DNA of 64,000 bases from Lachnospiraceae bacterium (GCA_017399685.1 JAFQBM010000035.1:2174-66173), one strand, 5' to 3'; counted from the first letter of the stretch, positions 29,673-40,091 are shown. Made by a program: numbers and translations. The notes: a model not told the origin generated them from the sequence alone.

Positions 29673-31742
29673 ATGGGTAAAATGGTAACAGGATTTTATT
29701 TTTTAGTGTTTTTGTTTGCACTATTTATGACAGGAAGCTTTCTCATTAGAAATAAAAAAGTAGATTCTGTATATTTATTTTTTAGTATATTAGTTACAAT
29801 TAATTGTTTTGGCCGGTATATGCAGGCGGAAGCTGAAAGTGTTGAGATGGCAATATGGGCAAATAAGCTTTTGTATGTAGGGGGATGCTATGCCCCTTTG
29901 TTAACCGTACAAGTCTTGGGAAAACTATGTGGAATAAAAATGCCTAAGAGTTTATCTGCCTTTTTGGTGTTGTATTCAACTGTGATTATGGGTCTTGTAT
30001 TTACCATTGGACATTCCACGATATATTATAAGCATGTGGAACTGGTAATTGGTGATGGATATCATTATTTAGATAAAACATATGGTCCGTTACATATTTT
30101 ATATCCTGTTATGATGGGATTATATGCAATGATTATGATTATATATCTTTTAATTGCATTAAGAAAAAGAAAAGAGATATCTTTTCAATTGGTTGTTACA
30201 ATATGTGCAACTGCTTTTTCTATCTTTTTTATGTATATTTTGGAACGTATCACGGAATCAAATGTTAGTTTTTTATCTGTTGGTTATTTGGTTGGTATCG
30301 TATTTTTGGATAAATATTTTGAACGCATTAATATGTATGATATGTCTGTCAATATATCAGTTTCAGCGGAAAGAATGAATCATTATGGCTACATTGTATT
30401 TGACAACAAGTTTCGATATGTGAATGCAAATCAGTATATAAAAGAATTATTTCCTGAAATGAAATTATGGAGTGTTGATAAAGAGGTATGTGCTTCGGAT
30501 AGTTACCTGTATAAAGAATGCATACAGTATCTTAAGGAGTGGAATGGAGAAGAAAGCGGGCATAAATATATTAATGTGGACGATAAGTATTATCAGTTTG
30601 ACATTCGTCGGATTTCATACCGGAAAAAAGCATTTATAGGCTATTTGTTAGAATTTATAGATCGGACACTAGAAAAAGAATATTATAATACCATTGAAAA
30701 GTATAATACTGTAATGGAAAAGAAGGTTGAAGAAAAAACAAAAGAAGTAAAACAACAGGAAATGAGAACAAAACAGCTTTTTATACAGACGGTGACAGCC
30801 TTAAGTGAAGCAGTGGATGCAAAGGATAGATATACCAGTGGTCATTCAAAAAGGGTGGCAGAGTATTCACGCATGATTGCAGAACGTTTAGGAAAAAGTA
30901 AAGAAGAACAGGATGAAATTTATCGGGCAGGTCTTTTACATGATGTAGGAAAAATACGTATTCCGGCAGAAATTATCAATAAACCCGGAAAACTGACGGA
31001 GGAAGAATATAACATTATCAAGATTCATTCCATAACCGGTTATCATATTTTAAGGGGAATTTCCGATAGCAGTGATATTGCAGTTGCTGCAAAGTATCAT
31101 CACGAAAGATATGATGGGAAAGGATACCCCAATGGACTCGATGGGAAAAATATACCGGAAGTAGCCAGAATTCTTGCCATTGCAGATGCATATGATGCAA
31201 TGGCAAGTAATAGAAGTTACCGAAAGGCATTGCCTCAGGAGGTTGTAAGAAGTGAAATTGAAAAAGGGAAAAATAGCCAGTTCGATCCTTACATAGCGGA
31301 AATAATGTTAAGAATGATAGAGGAAGATGAAGGATATTTAATGAGGGAAATTGATTCCAGAAAGCGAAAGATTCTTACAGTAGATGATGAAGTGATCAAC
31401 AATAAGATTATCACACATATTATGAGTGATGAATCAAGATATGAGGTGGTTTCCGCCAGCAGTGGAAAGGAAGCACTTGATGTTCTCCAACATCAAGCCT
31501 TTGATTTGATTTTATTAGATGTTAAAATGCCTGAACTGGATGGATTGGAAACATTGAAATTAATCAGAGAAAAATACCGGACCCCGGTGGTACTTATGAC
31601 AAGTGAAAAAACACTGGATTTATCACTTGGATTTTCAGAATACGGATGCGATGACTACATTACAAAGCCATTTTTGCCGCTTTTGGTAAAAGAGGTCGTT
31701 CATAATATGACAGAAAGAACCAATATAGAAAAACATGTATGA
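29673..31742 (+). CDS. membrane-anchored HD-GYP phosphodiesterase with a C-terminal receiver domain
   Basis: Multi-TM N-terminus; HD motif (GLLHDVGK); HHERYDGKGYPNGL (GYP); C-terminal REC (ILTVDDE ... LILLDVKMPELDG). Confidence 0.8.
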   Translation: MGKMVTGFYFLVFLFALFMTGSFLIRNKKVDSVYLFFSILVTINCFGRYMQAEAESVEMAIWANKLLYVGGCYAPLLTVQVLGKLCGIKMPKSLSAFLVLYSTVIMGLVFTIGHSTIYYKHVELVIGDGYHYLDKTYGPLHILYPVMMGLYAMIMIIYLLIALRKRKEISFQLVVTICATAFSIFFMYILERITESNVSFLSVGYLVGIVFLDKYFERINMYDMSVNISVSAERMNHYGYIVFDNKFRYVNANQYIKELFPEMKLWSVDKEVCASDSYLYKECIQYLKEWNGEESGHKYINVDDKYYQFDIRRISYRKKAFIGYLLEFIDRTLEKEYYNTIEKYNTVMEKKVEEKTKEVKQQEMRTKQLFIQTVTALSEAVDAKDRYTSGHSKRVAEYSRMIAERLGKSKEEQDEIYRAGLLHDVGKIRIPAEIINKPGKLTEEEYNIIKIHSITGYHILRGISDSSDIAVAAKYHHERYDGKGYPNGLDGKNIPEVARILAIADAYDAMASNRSYRKALPQEVVRSEIEKGKNSQFDPYIAEIMLRMIEEDEGYLMREIDSRKRKILTVDDEVINNKIITHIMSDESRYEVVSASSGKEALDVLQHQAFDLILLDVKMPELDGLETLKLIREKYRTPVVLMTSEKTLDLSLGFSEYGCDDYITKPFLPLLVKEVVHNMTERTNIEKHV

Positions 31743-31830
31743 TGGTAGATGTCGGAAGTTGCCATTGTACATTTGGAACAAGAGATGAGGCAAAGTAACA
31801 AAGAATCAAAATAGGAAAGAAGGAAATCTT

Positions 31831-33162
31831 ATGTTAGCAGACTCCAGTCAATTAATTATATATCGAAATATCCGAAATGCAGTTCCATTCGTAGGATTTT
31901 TAAAAGTAATCGAACATTACAAAATAGAAGGAATGGATCAGGAAATACTGATTAATACTCTATATGACAGTGTAAATCAGCTGGTAGAATTAAGCCAGAA
32001 TCAAAGCTTTTCCGGTAATTTATGGCACACCTATCTGACTTACCTGATTGCCAATGATGAAAACTCCTTTAGCCGCTTTTGTGAGAAAAAAGGAAAAGTA
32101 GACGGCACCATTAATGAATTGGTATTAAATGACCTGAAAATCATAAAAAGTCTCTTTGAGTTTGACTGGTCAGAATTAGAAAGCAGATTAGGAATCAAAG
32201 CCATGAGTATGCTTAAAAACTATGAGCCGGCCAATATGGAGGGAATTGTTTTTAATAAAAGAGTTCGTGACCGTATCAACGAGTTAAGCGTAAAGCTTGC
32301 AAAATCAAAGGATGAATACGAACTCTTAGAGCATATCAGTGAATTTTACAATGATTATGGAGTAGGAAAGTTTGGCTTGCACAAATCTTTCCGTATCGTC
32401 CATCAAGGCGAACAGGTAAATATTGAACCTATTACTAACGTGGAACATAAAAAACTGGATGATTTGGTGGGATATGAACTTCAAAAGAAACAACTGGTAG
32501 AAAATACCCTTGCTTTTATCAAAGGAGAAAAAGCTAACAATGTATTGCTTTTTGGCGACAGTGGAACGGGAAAATCTACTTCAGTAAAAGCTATATTAAA
32601 TGAGTATTTTCCTCAGGGACTTCGTATGATAGAAGTGTACAAGCATCAATTTCAGGATTTATCCTATGTAATTTCCCAGATTAAAAATAGAAATTACAAA
32701 TTCATCATCTATATGGATGACTTATCCTTTGAAGAAACCGAGTTAGAATATAAATACTTAAAAGCTATTATCGAAGGTGGGCTTGAGAAGAAACCGGACA
32801 ATGTATTAATTTATGCTACTTCTAATCGAAGGCATCTGGTAAAAGAAACCTGGAATGATAAGAAACAGGCTCCGGATGATGTACATGGAAACGATGCAAA
32901 ACAGGAAAAATTATCTCTTTATGCCCGTTTTGGTGTTACCATTATGTTCGGCTCCCCTTCTCAGAAAGAATTTCTGGAAATCGTAGATACCCTTGCTGAA
33001 AAACGAGGAATTGTTATGGATAAAGAACTACTGCACCAACAGGCGATTCGTTGGGAATTAACCCATGGAGGATTTTCAGGCCGTGCAGCAGAACAAGTCA
33101 TTACACAGGTGCTGGCATTGCAAAATTTGAAAGGAAATGAAAGAAGGAATGGAACGAATTAA
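31831..33162 (+). CDS. P-loop ATPase (DUF815-like)
   Basis: Walker A at LLFGDSGTGKST and Walker B-like IIYMDDLSF. 443 aa. Confidence 0.6.
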   Translation: MLADSSQLIIYRNIRNAVPFVGFLKVIEHYKIEGMDQEILINTLYDSVNQLVELSQNQSFSGNLWHTYLTYLIANDENSFSRFCEKKGKVDGTINELVLNDLKIIKSLFEFDWSELESRLGIKAMSMLKNYEPANMEGIVFNKRVRDRINELSVKLAKSKDEYELLEHISEFYNDYGVGKFGLHKSFRIVHQGEQVNIEPITNVEHKKLDDLVGYELQKKQLVENTLAFIKGEKANNVLLFGDSGTGKSTSVKAILNEYFPQGLRMIEVYKHQFQDLSYVISQIKNRNYKFIIYMDDLSFEETELEYKYLKAIIEGGLEKKPDNVLIYATSNRRHLVKETWNDKKQAPDDVHGNDAKQEKLSLYARFGVTIMFGSPSQKEFLEIVDTLAEKRGIVMDKELLHQQAIRWELTHGGFSGRAAEQVITQVLALQNLKGNERRNGTN

Positions 33163-34126
33163 TAAAGATATAGCATCCTTTACATTTTCACCTTATTACT
33201 TATTGTGTGGGGATGAAGATTATTTAAAGTCACAAGCCTTGTCAAAATTACAAAAAGCCATATTAAAAGACGGATTGGATATGAATTATACCTGCTTTGA
33301 AGGGAAAAAATTTAAAGAGGAAGAGTTTATATCTTTTGGACAGACTCTGCCATTTTTTGCAGAATACCGTCTGGTGGTATTAAAAGATACCAACTTTTTT
33401 AAAGAGAATTGTGACAGCTTTATAGAAGCATTAAATTCCATTGCTTCCACTACCATTGTGATATTTGTAGAGTCTGCCATTGATAAAAGAAACCGTCTCT
33501 ACAAACTGGTTAAAGAAAAAGGATATATCAGCGAACTGAATGCTCTGGATGAAAAAAGCCTTCTGATATGGCTGAAAAAGAAATTTATAGAAGAAAAAAA
33601 GAAGATTTCAGACACAGACATTGCTTATTTCCTGGAATGCATCGGGAAAGATATGAATCTTTTAAAAAATGAAGTGGAAAAGCTTTGTTGTTATCTTGCA
33701 GACCAAGAAGAAATTACAAGAAAAGACATGGATGAAATCATGGTGCTGCAAATAGAAGGTAAGGTATTTGATATGCTAAGTGCCATTGGAAACCGAAACA
33801 AACAAAGGGCATTGGAACTATATCATGATTTGCTTGCGGTGAAAGAGCCTGCTATGAAAATCTTTTTCTTGTTGGTAAGACAGTTTAATATCATTTTACA
33901 AACCAAATCAGCAAAGGAAAACGGGCTTTCCAACAGTGAAATAGCACAAAAAGTAGGAATCCCTCCCTTTGCAGTAGGAAAGACCATAGAACAGACAAGA
34001 CAGTTTGAAAAGGCAGAACTGGGTTCTATCTTAGAAGAATGTGCTGAGATGGAAAGAAAAATAAAATTAGGAATCATAAAAGATCAAATGGCATTAGAAT
34101 TGCTGATTGTGTCATTTTCTTCGTAG
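33137..34126 (+). CDS. holA: DNA polymerase III delta subunit
   Basis: Size, N-terminal YLLCGDEDYL motif and position next to comEC and rpsT, as in other Firmicutes. The start could be 33149. Confidence 0.75.
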   Translation: MKEGMERINKDIASFTFSPYYLLCGDEDYLKSQALSKLQKAILKDGLDMNYTCFEGKKFKEEEFISFGQTLPFFAEYRLVVLKDTNFFKENCDSFIEALNSIASTTIVIFVESAIDKRNRLYKLVKEKGYISELNALDEKSLLIWLKKKFIEEKKKISDTDIAYFLECIGKDMNLLKNEVEKLCCYLADQEEITRKDMDEIMVLQIEGKVFDMLSAIGNRNKQRALELYHDLLAVKEPAMKIFFLLVRQFNIILQTKSAKENGLSNSEIAQKVGIPPFAVGKTIEQTRQFEKAELGSILEECAEMERKIKLGIIKDQMALELLIVSFSS

Positions 34127-34210
34127 GAACAGAGTAAAGTGGACAAGTTCACATCCTGCATATATTTATTTTTAAATCATAGGAGATTTCGGTGAAATTC
34201 CTATGTTTTA

Positions 34211-34252
34211 AAAAAGCAACTATCCGGTGAGAGAGATAGTTGCTTTTCTTTT
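34211..34252. terminator. Bidirectional terminator between holA and rpsT
   Basis: AAAAGCAACTATC-10 nt-GATAGTTGCTTTT with flanking A and T runs. Confidence 0.7.
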
Positions 34253-34267
34253 TCTTTATGTTTTAAA

Positions 34268-34540
34268 TTAAGCCATCTTAGAAACTGCTTTTGATAAACG
34301 AGCAACTTTTCTGGCAGCGTTGTTCTTGTGGTAAACGCCCTTAGAAGCAGCCTTGTTGATTTCAGAAACAGTTAATTTTAATCTTTCTTGAGCTTGAGCC
34401 TTATCACCAGCAGCGATAGCAGCTTCTAACTTCTTAACAAGAGTCTTAACCTTAGTTTTGATCATTTTGTTTCTTAATGTTTTAGTTTCGATTACAAGAA
34501 TTCTCTTCTTTGCAGATTTGATATTAGCCAAATCGGACAC
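34268..34540 (-). CDS. rpsT: 30S ribosomal protein S20
   Basis: ANIKSAKKRI N-terminus. 90 aa and basic. Confidence 0.9.
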   Translation of the reverse strand: MSDLANIKSAKKRILVIETKTLRNKMIKTKVKTLVKKLEAAIAAGDKAQAQERLKLTVSEINKAASKGVYHKNNAARKVARLSKAVSKMA

Positions 34541-34931
34541 CTCTTTCTTAAATGATTATAGTTTTATAGATACTTTGTTTTCATTATATCGGACACGGAC
34601 AATTAATGTAAACATACTATTAAATAATAGCGAACACCTGGCTGGTTGTCAATAGTTTTTTTATATATAATGGGAAAATTTTGTTGTATTTTTTTGTTGA
34701 AATTTATGGTATCGGAAGCAGAAAGTCATGAATTGTATTACTGCGTCTGATTTTAATATTTCGTAACTCTAAAATATACTGATGAAAAGGTGATGTATGA
34801 AAAAACAGTTTTATGGCAATCCTATTAAGTATTAGAGACGATTCACAGGTGATATAAAAACATGGCATCACTTTATAAGATGTGTCGTGAATCAACGAAG
34901 AGTAAGAAGAAAAGTAGGAATGGAGGATACC

Positions 34932-35831
34932 ATGGAGAATATAGCAAGAACAGACCTAGCCTTAGAGAGAAAAGAAGATGTAAAAGAAGAAACCTTGCAA
35001 GGTGTGATAGTAGAAACTCAGAATCGTGAAGGAAAAGATATCGAAAAAACCACCATCATTATTGAAAATGAAGAAGGAGAAAAAGCACTGGGAAAGCCAA
35101 AAGGAACTTACATTACCATAGAAAGTGAATCTTTAAGGGAGTTTGATGAGGACTATCATAGAGAACTAAGTGAAGAACTGAGAGAGACATTGAAAACCTT
35201 ATTGGGTGGAACAAAAGAGATTTTAGTCGTAGGATTGGGAAACCGTCAGATTACACCAGATGCTCTGGGTCCTTTTGTGGTAGATAACCTTTTTATTACC
35301 CGCCATTTAAACAAGGAAGGAATATTAAATACTTATTATGATATCAGTGCTATTGCACCGGGAGTAATGGCACAAACAGGAATTGAAACCGGGGAAATCA
35401 TAAAAGGAGTATTGAAAGAATCGAAAGCCAAGGCTTTAATTGTGATTGATGCGCTGGCTGCAAGAAACACGGAAAGGCTCAATAAAACCATACAGATTTC
35501 TGATGCAGGAATTTGTCCGGGGGCTGGTATTGGAAATAACCGGGTTCCGATTAATAAAGAAACTATGGGAGTAAAGGTAATTGCCATTGGGGTTCCTACA
35601 GTAATTGCAGTGCCGTCCATTGTAAATGATTCTATGGGAAAGATGTTAGAAGCCTTGGATAGACTGGATGCAAAAAAGGTAATAAAGAAATTTACAGAGG
35701 AAGAAAGATATCGTCTTGCCTGTGAAATCTTAGAGCCTTATTTATCAGAAATGTTTGTAACTCCCAAAAACATTGATGAAGCAGTAAAAAGAATCAGTTA
35801 TACCATTTCAGAAGCAATCAATCAGATGTAA
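34932..35831 (+). CDS. gpr: GPR germination endopeptidase
   Basis: IRTDLALE N-terminal motif and GLGN...TPDALGP. ATG at 34932 has GGAGG 6 nt upstream; the ORF track starts at 34887. Confidence 0.8.
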   Translation: MENIARTDLALERKEDVKEETLQGVIVETQNREGKDIEKTTIIIENEEGEKALGKPKGTYITIESESLREFDEDYHRELSEELRETLKTLLGGTKEILVVGLGNRQITPDALGPFVVDNLFITRHLNKEGILNTYYDISAIAPGVMAQTGIETGEIIKGVLKESKAKALIVIDALAARNTERLNKTIQISDAGICPGAGIGNNRVPINKETMGVKVIAIGVPTVIAVPSIVNDSMGKMLEALDRLDAKKVIKKFTEEERYRLACEILEPYLSEMFVTPKNIDEAVKRISYTISEAINQM

Positions 35832-36002
35832 GATTATGAATGTGAACAGTCATATATGTATGGATAAGTACTCATAATTTTTTGTACCTTGGAATATAAA
35901 TAATTGTGGCAGCTGTTAAGTGTGAGAAGTGATAAAAAGACTAAAAAAGCCATATTGCAACCATTTGACAGATTGACTATGTAAGCTTAAGGAAGGGATA
36001 TC

Positions 36003-37064
36003 ATGAATAAACACCATTATGCAAAAACAGGGAAAAAAATCATGATACTTCTTCTTTTTTTTGTTATTTTTTTAGAAGAAATAAGTCAGGGTATTCCGGC
36101 TTTTTTAGTAGATCAAATGTTCCCATATTTTTCAAATGATGTGAAAGAAAACGATACAAGCCTGCTTTCCATGCTGACATTAAAAGAAACTGTAACCAAA
36201 GAAACAAAGGAAGAAACAAATATCACATTGGCAGAAAGTACGGAAGAACCGGAGCCGGAAGTGGAAGAAACAGTTTCGGTTTCTACGCCTGTAGTTTACA
36301 ATAGGACGGATTTGGAAAATTATGACTTTCTCCTGTCTAATTTCTATCTGGTGGACAGTACCACCACCATAACTCAAAATGAACTAAACGGTTCTATACT
36401 TTTGGATATGGACCTTTCTTTGAATTTGGAAGGGACAGAGCCTAAAATTCTGATTTACCACACCCACGGAAGTGAAACTTTTGTTGATAGCAGGGCAGGA
36501 GTGATAGAGGATTCTGTGATTGGAGTAGGGGATGAACTTGCGAGGATTTTGCAGGAAGAATATCATGTCGCAGTTTATCATGACCGAACCATCTATGACC
36601 AGGTAAATGGTAAATTGGATCGCAACAAGGCCTATGAAATGTCCAGAAAAGGAGTAAAAGAAATCTTAGAACAATACCCATCCATTGAAGTAGTCATTGA
36701 CTTGCACCGGGATGGAGTCAATGAAAATACACATTTAGTAACTTCAATCAATGGAAAACCAACAGCAAAAATTATGTTTTTTAATGGAATGAGTCGAAGT
36801 GCTACCAATGGAGACATTGATTATTTATATAATGAAAACAAACAGCAAAATTTGGCATTTTCCCTTCAGATGCAGATAAAAGCGAAATCATATTATCCGG
36901 ATTTTGTCCGAAAAATATATTTAAAAGCATATAAATATAATCTGGATTTAAAACCAAGGGCGGCCTTAGTAGAAGTGGGAGGTCAGACCAATACAGTGGA
37001 AGAAGCAAAGAATGCCATGGAACCTTTTGCAAAAATTTTAGTGGAAGTGTTAAGTCAAAAATGA
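36003..37064 (+). CDS. spoIIP: stage II sporulation protein P
   Basis: N-terminal TM helix; ILIYHTHGSE and DLHRDG motifs typical of SpoIIP amidase-like proteins. Confidence 0.8.
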   Translation: MNKHHYAKTGKKIMILLLFFVIFLEEISQGIPAFLVDQMFPYFSNDVKENDTSLLSMLTLKETVTKETKEETNITLAESTEEPEPEVEETVSVSTPVVYNRTDLENYDFLLSNFYLVDSTTTITQNELNGSILLDMDLSLNLEGTEPKILIYHTHGSETFVDSRAGVIEDSVIGVGDELARILQEEYHVAVYHDRTIYDQVNGKLDRNKAYEMSRKGVKEILEQYPSIEVVIDLHRDGVNENTHLVTSINGKPTAKIMFFNGMSRSATNGDIDYLYNENKQQNLAFSLQMQIKAKSYYPDFVRKIYLKAYKYNLDLKPRAALVEVGGQTNTVEEAKNAMEPFAKILVEVLSQK

Positions 37065-37116
37065 AATAAAGACTTTACACTTTTGAATAACTTTGTTGCT
37101 ATAAGAAAAAGGGGGT

Positions 37117-37347
37117 GTGGATGTGACAGATAACGAATTATTATTGGCAATTTCAGATATGTTAGATACAAAACTGAAATCTGAATTAAAACCAATAAAA
37201 GAAGATATTCGAACGTTAAAAGAAGATGTGCAAATTGGATTTTCCTTAAGTATTAGTTTCATTGCGTCACCTCCTGTACCTATCATATCTTTTCGCTTAC
37301 TAAATTTCAACAATCATGCAACTAACTTACAAAACAACACTACTTAG
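37117..37347 (+). CDS. questionable small ORF (GTG start)
   Basis: The first ~38 codons look protein-like (coiled-coil, LKEDIRTLKEDV). The rest is low-complexity. A strong terminator follows. Confidence 0.25.
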   Translation: MDVTDNELLLAISDMLDTKLKSELKPIKEDIRTLKEDVQIGFSLSISFIASPPVPIISFRLLNFNNHATNLQNNTT

Positions 37348-37352
37348 TTACA

Positions 37353-37405
37353 AAAAAAGGTATTCTGTATCAGCCACTTAAACTGATATAGAATACCTTT
37401 TTTTG
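37353..37405 (+). terminator. Rho-independent terminator
   Basis: AAAAAGGTATTCTGTATCAG-9 nt-CTGATATAGAATACCTTTTTTT. Confidence 0.75.
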
Positions 37406-37568
37406 CATCTCATTATTCAAATAATAAATTCCCACATTTATTAAAAAAGGGCTAGTTTAATATAAAAAAATGTTGTAAAATGTATTTATCTCGTCCTTAA
37501 ATTACGGAGCTCATTTTGAATCCGTAAAGGATTGGACTTATAGGAAAAAAAGCATAGGAGGTTGTTTC

Positions 37569-39110
37569 GTGAAAAAAGAATTGATAGTTGTTCTTGATTT
37601 CGGCGGACAGTATAATCAGCTGATTGCAAGACGAGTGCGCGAATGTAATGTGTATTGTGAAGTTCATCCGTATAATATGGGTTTGGACAAGTTAAAGGAA
37701 ATGAATCCAAAAGGTATCATTTTTACTGGTGGACCAAACAGTGTTTATGGTGAAGATTCTCCTCGTTGTGAAAAGGAAATTTTTGAAATGGGAATTCCTA
37801 TTTTAGGAATTTGCTATGGTTCACAACTTATGTCATATATGTTAGGTGGTAGTGTAAAAACTGCACCTGTAAGTGAATATGGAAAGACTGAAGTAGATGT
37901 AGAAGCTGGTTCTGTTTTATTGGATGGTGTAAGTCCTAAGACAATTTGCTGGATGAGCCATACTGATTATATTGAAAAAGAGCCGGAAGGATTTAAGATT
38001 ATTGCCCATACTCCTGTCTGCCCTGTTGCAGCTATGGAAGATGTCAGCCGTAATCTTTATGCAGTTCAGTATCATCCGGAAGTAATGCATACTCAGGAAG
38101 GTATGAAGATGCTTTCTAACTTCGTATACCAGATTTGTAAATGCTCCGGTGACTGGAAGATGGATTCTTTCGTAGAAACTACCATCAAAGAAATCAAAGA
38201 AAAAGTTGGAAACGGAAAAGTACTTTGTGCATTGTCCGGTGGTGTAGATTCTTCTGTTGCAGCAGTACTTTTAGCAAAGGCAATTGGAAAACAGCTTACT
38301 TGTGTTTTCGTAGACCATGGTTTACTTCGTAAAAATGAAGGCGATGAAGTTGAGGCAGTTTTTGGACCAGAGGGACAATACGACCTAAACTTTATCCGTG
38401 TAAATGCCCAGGAGAGATTTTACGAAAAATTAAAGGGTGTAGAAGAACCTGAAAGAAAACGTAAGATTATCGGTGAAGAATTTATCCGTGTATTTGAAGA
38501 AGAAGCAAAGAAAATCGGAGCTGTGGATTTCTTAGTACAAGGTACTATTTATCCGGACGTAATTGAATCCGGACTTGGAAAATCAGCAGTCATTAAGTCA
38601 CACCATAATGTAGGCGGACTTCCTGATTGTGTTGATTTTAAGGAAATTATTGAACCATTGCGTTTATTATTTAAGGATGAAGTTCGTAAGGCAGGTTTGG
38701 AATTAGGTATTCCTGAATATTTGGTATATCGTCAGCCATTCCCAGGTCCGGGACTTGGAATCCGTATCATCGGTGAAGTAACTGCAGAAAAGGTAAAGAT
38801 TGTCCAAGATGCAGATTATATTTATCGTGATGAAATTGCAAAAGCAGGAATTGACAAAGGCTTAGGACAATATTTTGCTGCATTGACTAATATGCGTTCC
38901 GTAGGTGTTATGGGTGACGAAAGAACCTATGACTATGCAGTAGCATTAAGAGCCGTAAATACTTCTGACTTTATGACAGCAGAAGCATCCGAAATTCCTT
39001 TCGAAGTATTACAAAAGGTAATGACAAGAATTATCAATGAAGTAAAAGGTGTAAACAGGGTAATGTACGATTTAACCAGTAAGCCACCTGGAACGATTGA
39101 GTTTGAGTAA
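37569..39110 (+). CDS. guaA: GMP synthase (glutamine-hydrolysing)
   Basis: GATase domain (GICYGSQLM), the ATP-PPase motif SGGVDSSV and the C-terminal ...[12 protein letters not shown] start with AGGAGG upstream. Confidence 0.95.
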   Translation: MKKELIVVLDFGGQYNQLIARRVRECNVYCEVHPYNMGLDKLKEMNPKGIIFTGGPNSVYGEDSPRCEKEIFEMGIPILGICYGSQLMSYMLGGSVKTAPVSEYGKTEVDVEAGSVLLDGVSPKTICWMSHTDYIEKEPEGFKIIAHTPVCPVAAMEDVSRNLYAVQYHPEVMHTQEGMKMLSNFVYQICKCSGDWKMDSFVETTIKEIKEKVGNGKVLCALSGGVDSSVAAVLLAKAIGKQLTCVFVDHGLLRKNEGDEVEAVFGPEGQYDLNFIRVNAQERFYEKLKGVEEPERKRKIIGEEFIRVFEEEAKKIGAVDFLVQGTIYPDVIESGLGKSAVIKSHHNVGGLPDCVDFKEIIEPLRLLFKDEVRKAGLELGIPEYLVYRQPFPGPGLGIRIIGEVTAEKVKIVQDADYIYRDEIAKAGIDKGLGQYFAALTNMRSVGVMGDERTYDYAVALRAVNTSDFMTAEASEIPFEVLQKVMTRIINEVKGVNRVMYDLTSKPPGTIEFE

Positions 39111-39287
39111 AAAAACGGGTTTTAAAAAGCCAGTATTTATGCGGTTTTCAAACAAAAATGTTTAAGTTTTGGCAACGATTTGGCAACATTTTGACTCTAC
39201 TCAAAAAATAAATTTACTTTAAGAGCACAAGAAAACCTTACTGATTTTCAGATATGACAACTGAAAATTGGTAAGGTTTTTTCGTGC

Positions 39288-39845
39288 TTATTTTTTCTTT
39301 TTGCGTTTCGTTTCTTTCTTTTCTTCTTCTATTTCTTTTAGTCCGGCGAGAAGTATATCGCTGACTTCCTGTGAAGGAACCTTTGCCCAACGTTGGTGAG
39401 TATCAAACTCCGGATATTTGTACCGCCATTCATCATATTCCTCTTTGGTAATTTCGCCATTTTCCAACTTGGCTGCTTCTGCCTGCCATGCACGAAGCAT
39501 TTTGTCCATAGAAGAATAGGTAGAATAATCGGACTTGTCCAGACGAAGGCAGATTTCTCCATCTACCTCACTAATTTTCAGTCCATACATATCTTCCAAA
39601 GCAAAAAAGGTGTGCATAAGCCCAATATAAGTATCTATATTTGGCACAGATAGAGCATGAGTGCTGACATCAAGAAATTGAGCCATATTTTTTACAAGCT
39701 CATGTTTCGGTATTCTTGCTTCAGACTCATACTGCGCCATACGGACGTCAGAGGTTTTTCCTAAAAAACCTAAGTGTTCGCCGAGCTGTTTTTGCGTCAT
39801 TCCTTTTCGATTGCGGAAAAATTTAATACGTTGCCCGATTGCCAT
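39288..39845 (-). CDS. XRE-family HTH regulator (phage-repressor-like)
   Basis: N-terminal HTH IKFFRNRKGMTQKQLGEHLG. It is divergent from the xis/int module. 185 aa. Confidence 0.75.
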   Translation of the reverse strand: MAIGQRIKFFRNRKGMTQKQLGEHLGFLGKTSDVRMAQYESEARIPKHELVKNMAQFLDVSTHALSVPNIDTYIGLMHTFFALEDMYGLKISEVDGEICLRLDKSDYSTYSSMDKMLRAWQAEAAKLENGEITKEEYDEWRYKYPEFDTHQRWAKVPSQEVSDILLAGLKEIEEEKKETKRKKKK

Positions 39846-40005
39846 AATAATTCCTCCTTGTTTTCCAGAGGAAAATGCGACTGCCCTTGCAGGAGCAGAG
39901 GAATTATCCTCCTAACTAGATTTGTTTAGAGCAAGTATAACATGAGTAAATGAGGATAGCAAGAAGAACTTAAATAAAAAAGTTTAAGATTTTTTTGAAA
40001 ACCAC

Positions 40006-40034
40006 TTGACTTAACTTAAAATGTTTAGTAATAT
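40006..40034 (+). promoter_or_regulatory. Sigma-A-type promoter for the xis-int operon
   Basis: TTGACT (40006-40011), a 17-nt spacer and TAATAT (40029-40034). The inverted repeat TGTTTAGT...ACTAAACA overlaps it. Confidence 0.4.
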
Positions 40035-40091
40035 ATGCGATACAAACACTAAACAAATAAATTTAAGTTTCGAGAGAAAGGAGAAAAAGTT

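Noticed and set aside
37440-37568. Possible purine (guanine) riboswitch in the guaA leader. The hairpin TTACGGA...TCCGTAA and a CCGTAAAGGATTGGACTTATA segment vaguely recall the xpt aptamer P3/J3-1 region.
   Set aside because: I could not reconstruct the three-way junction, a P1 stem, or the conserved J1/2 and J2/3 nucleotides. The resemblance is limited to a few bases. An Infernal scan with the purine riboswitch model would settle it.
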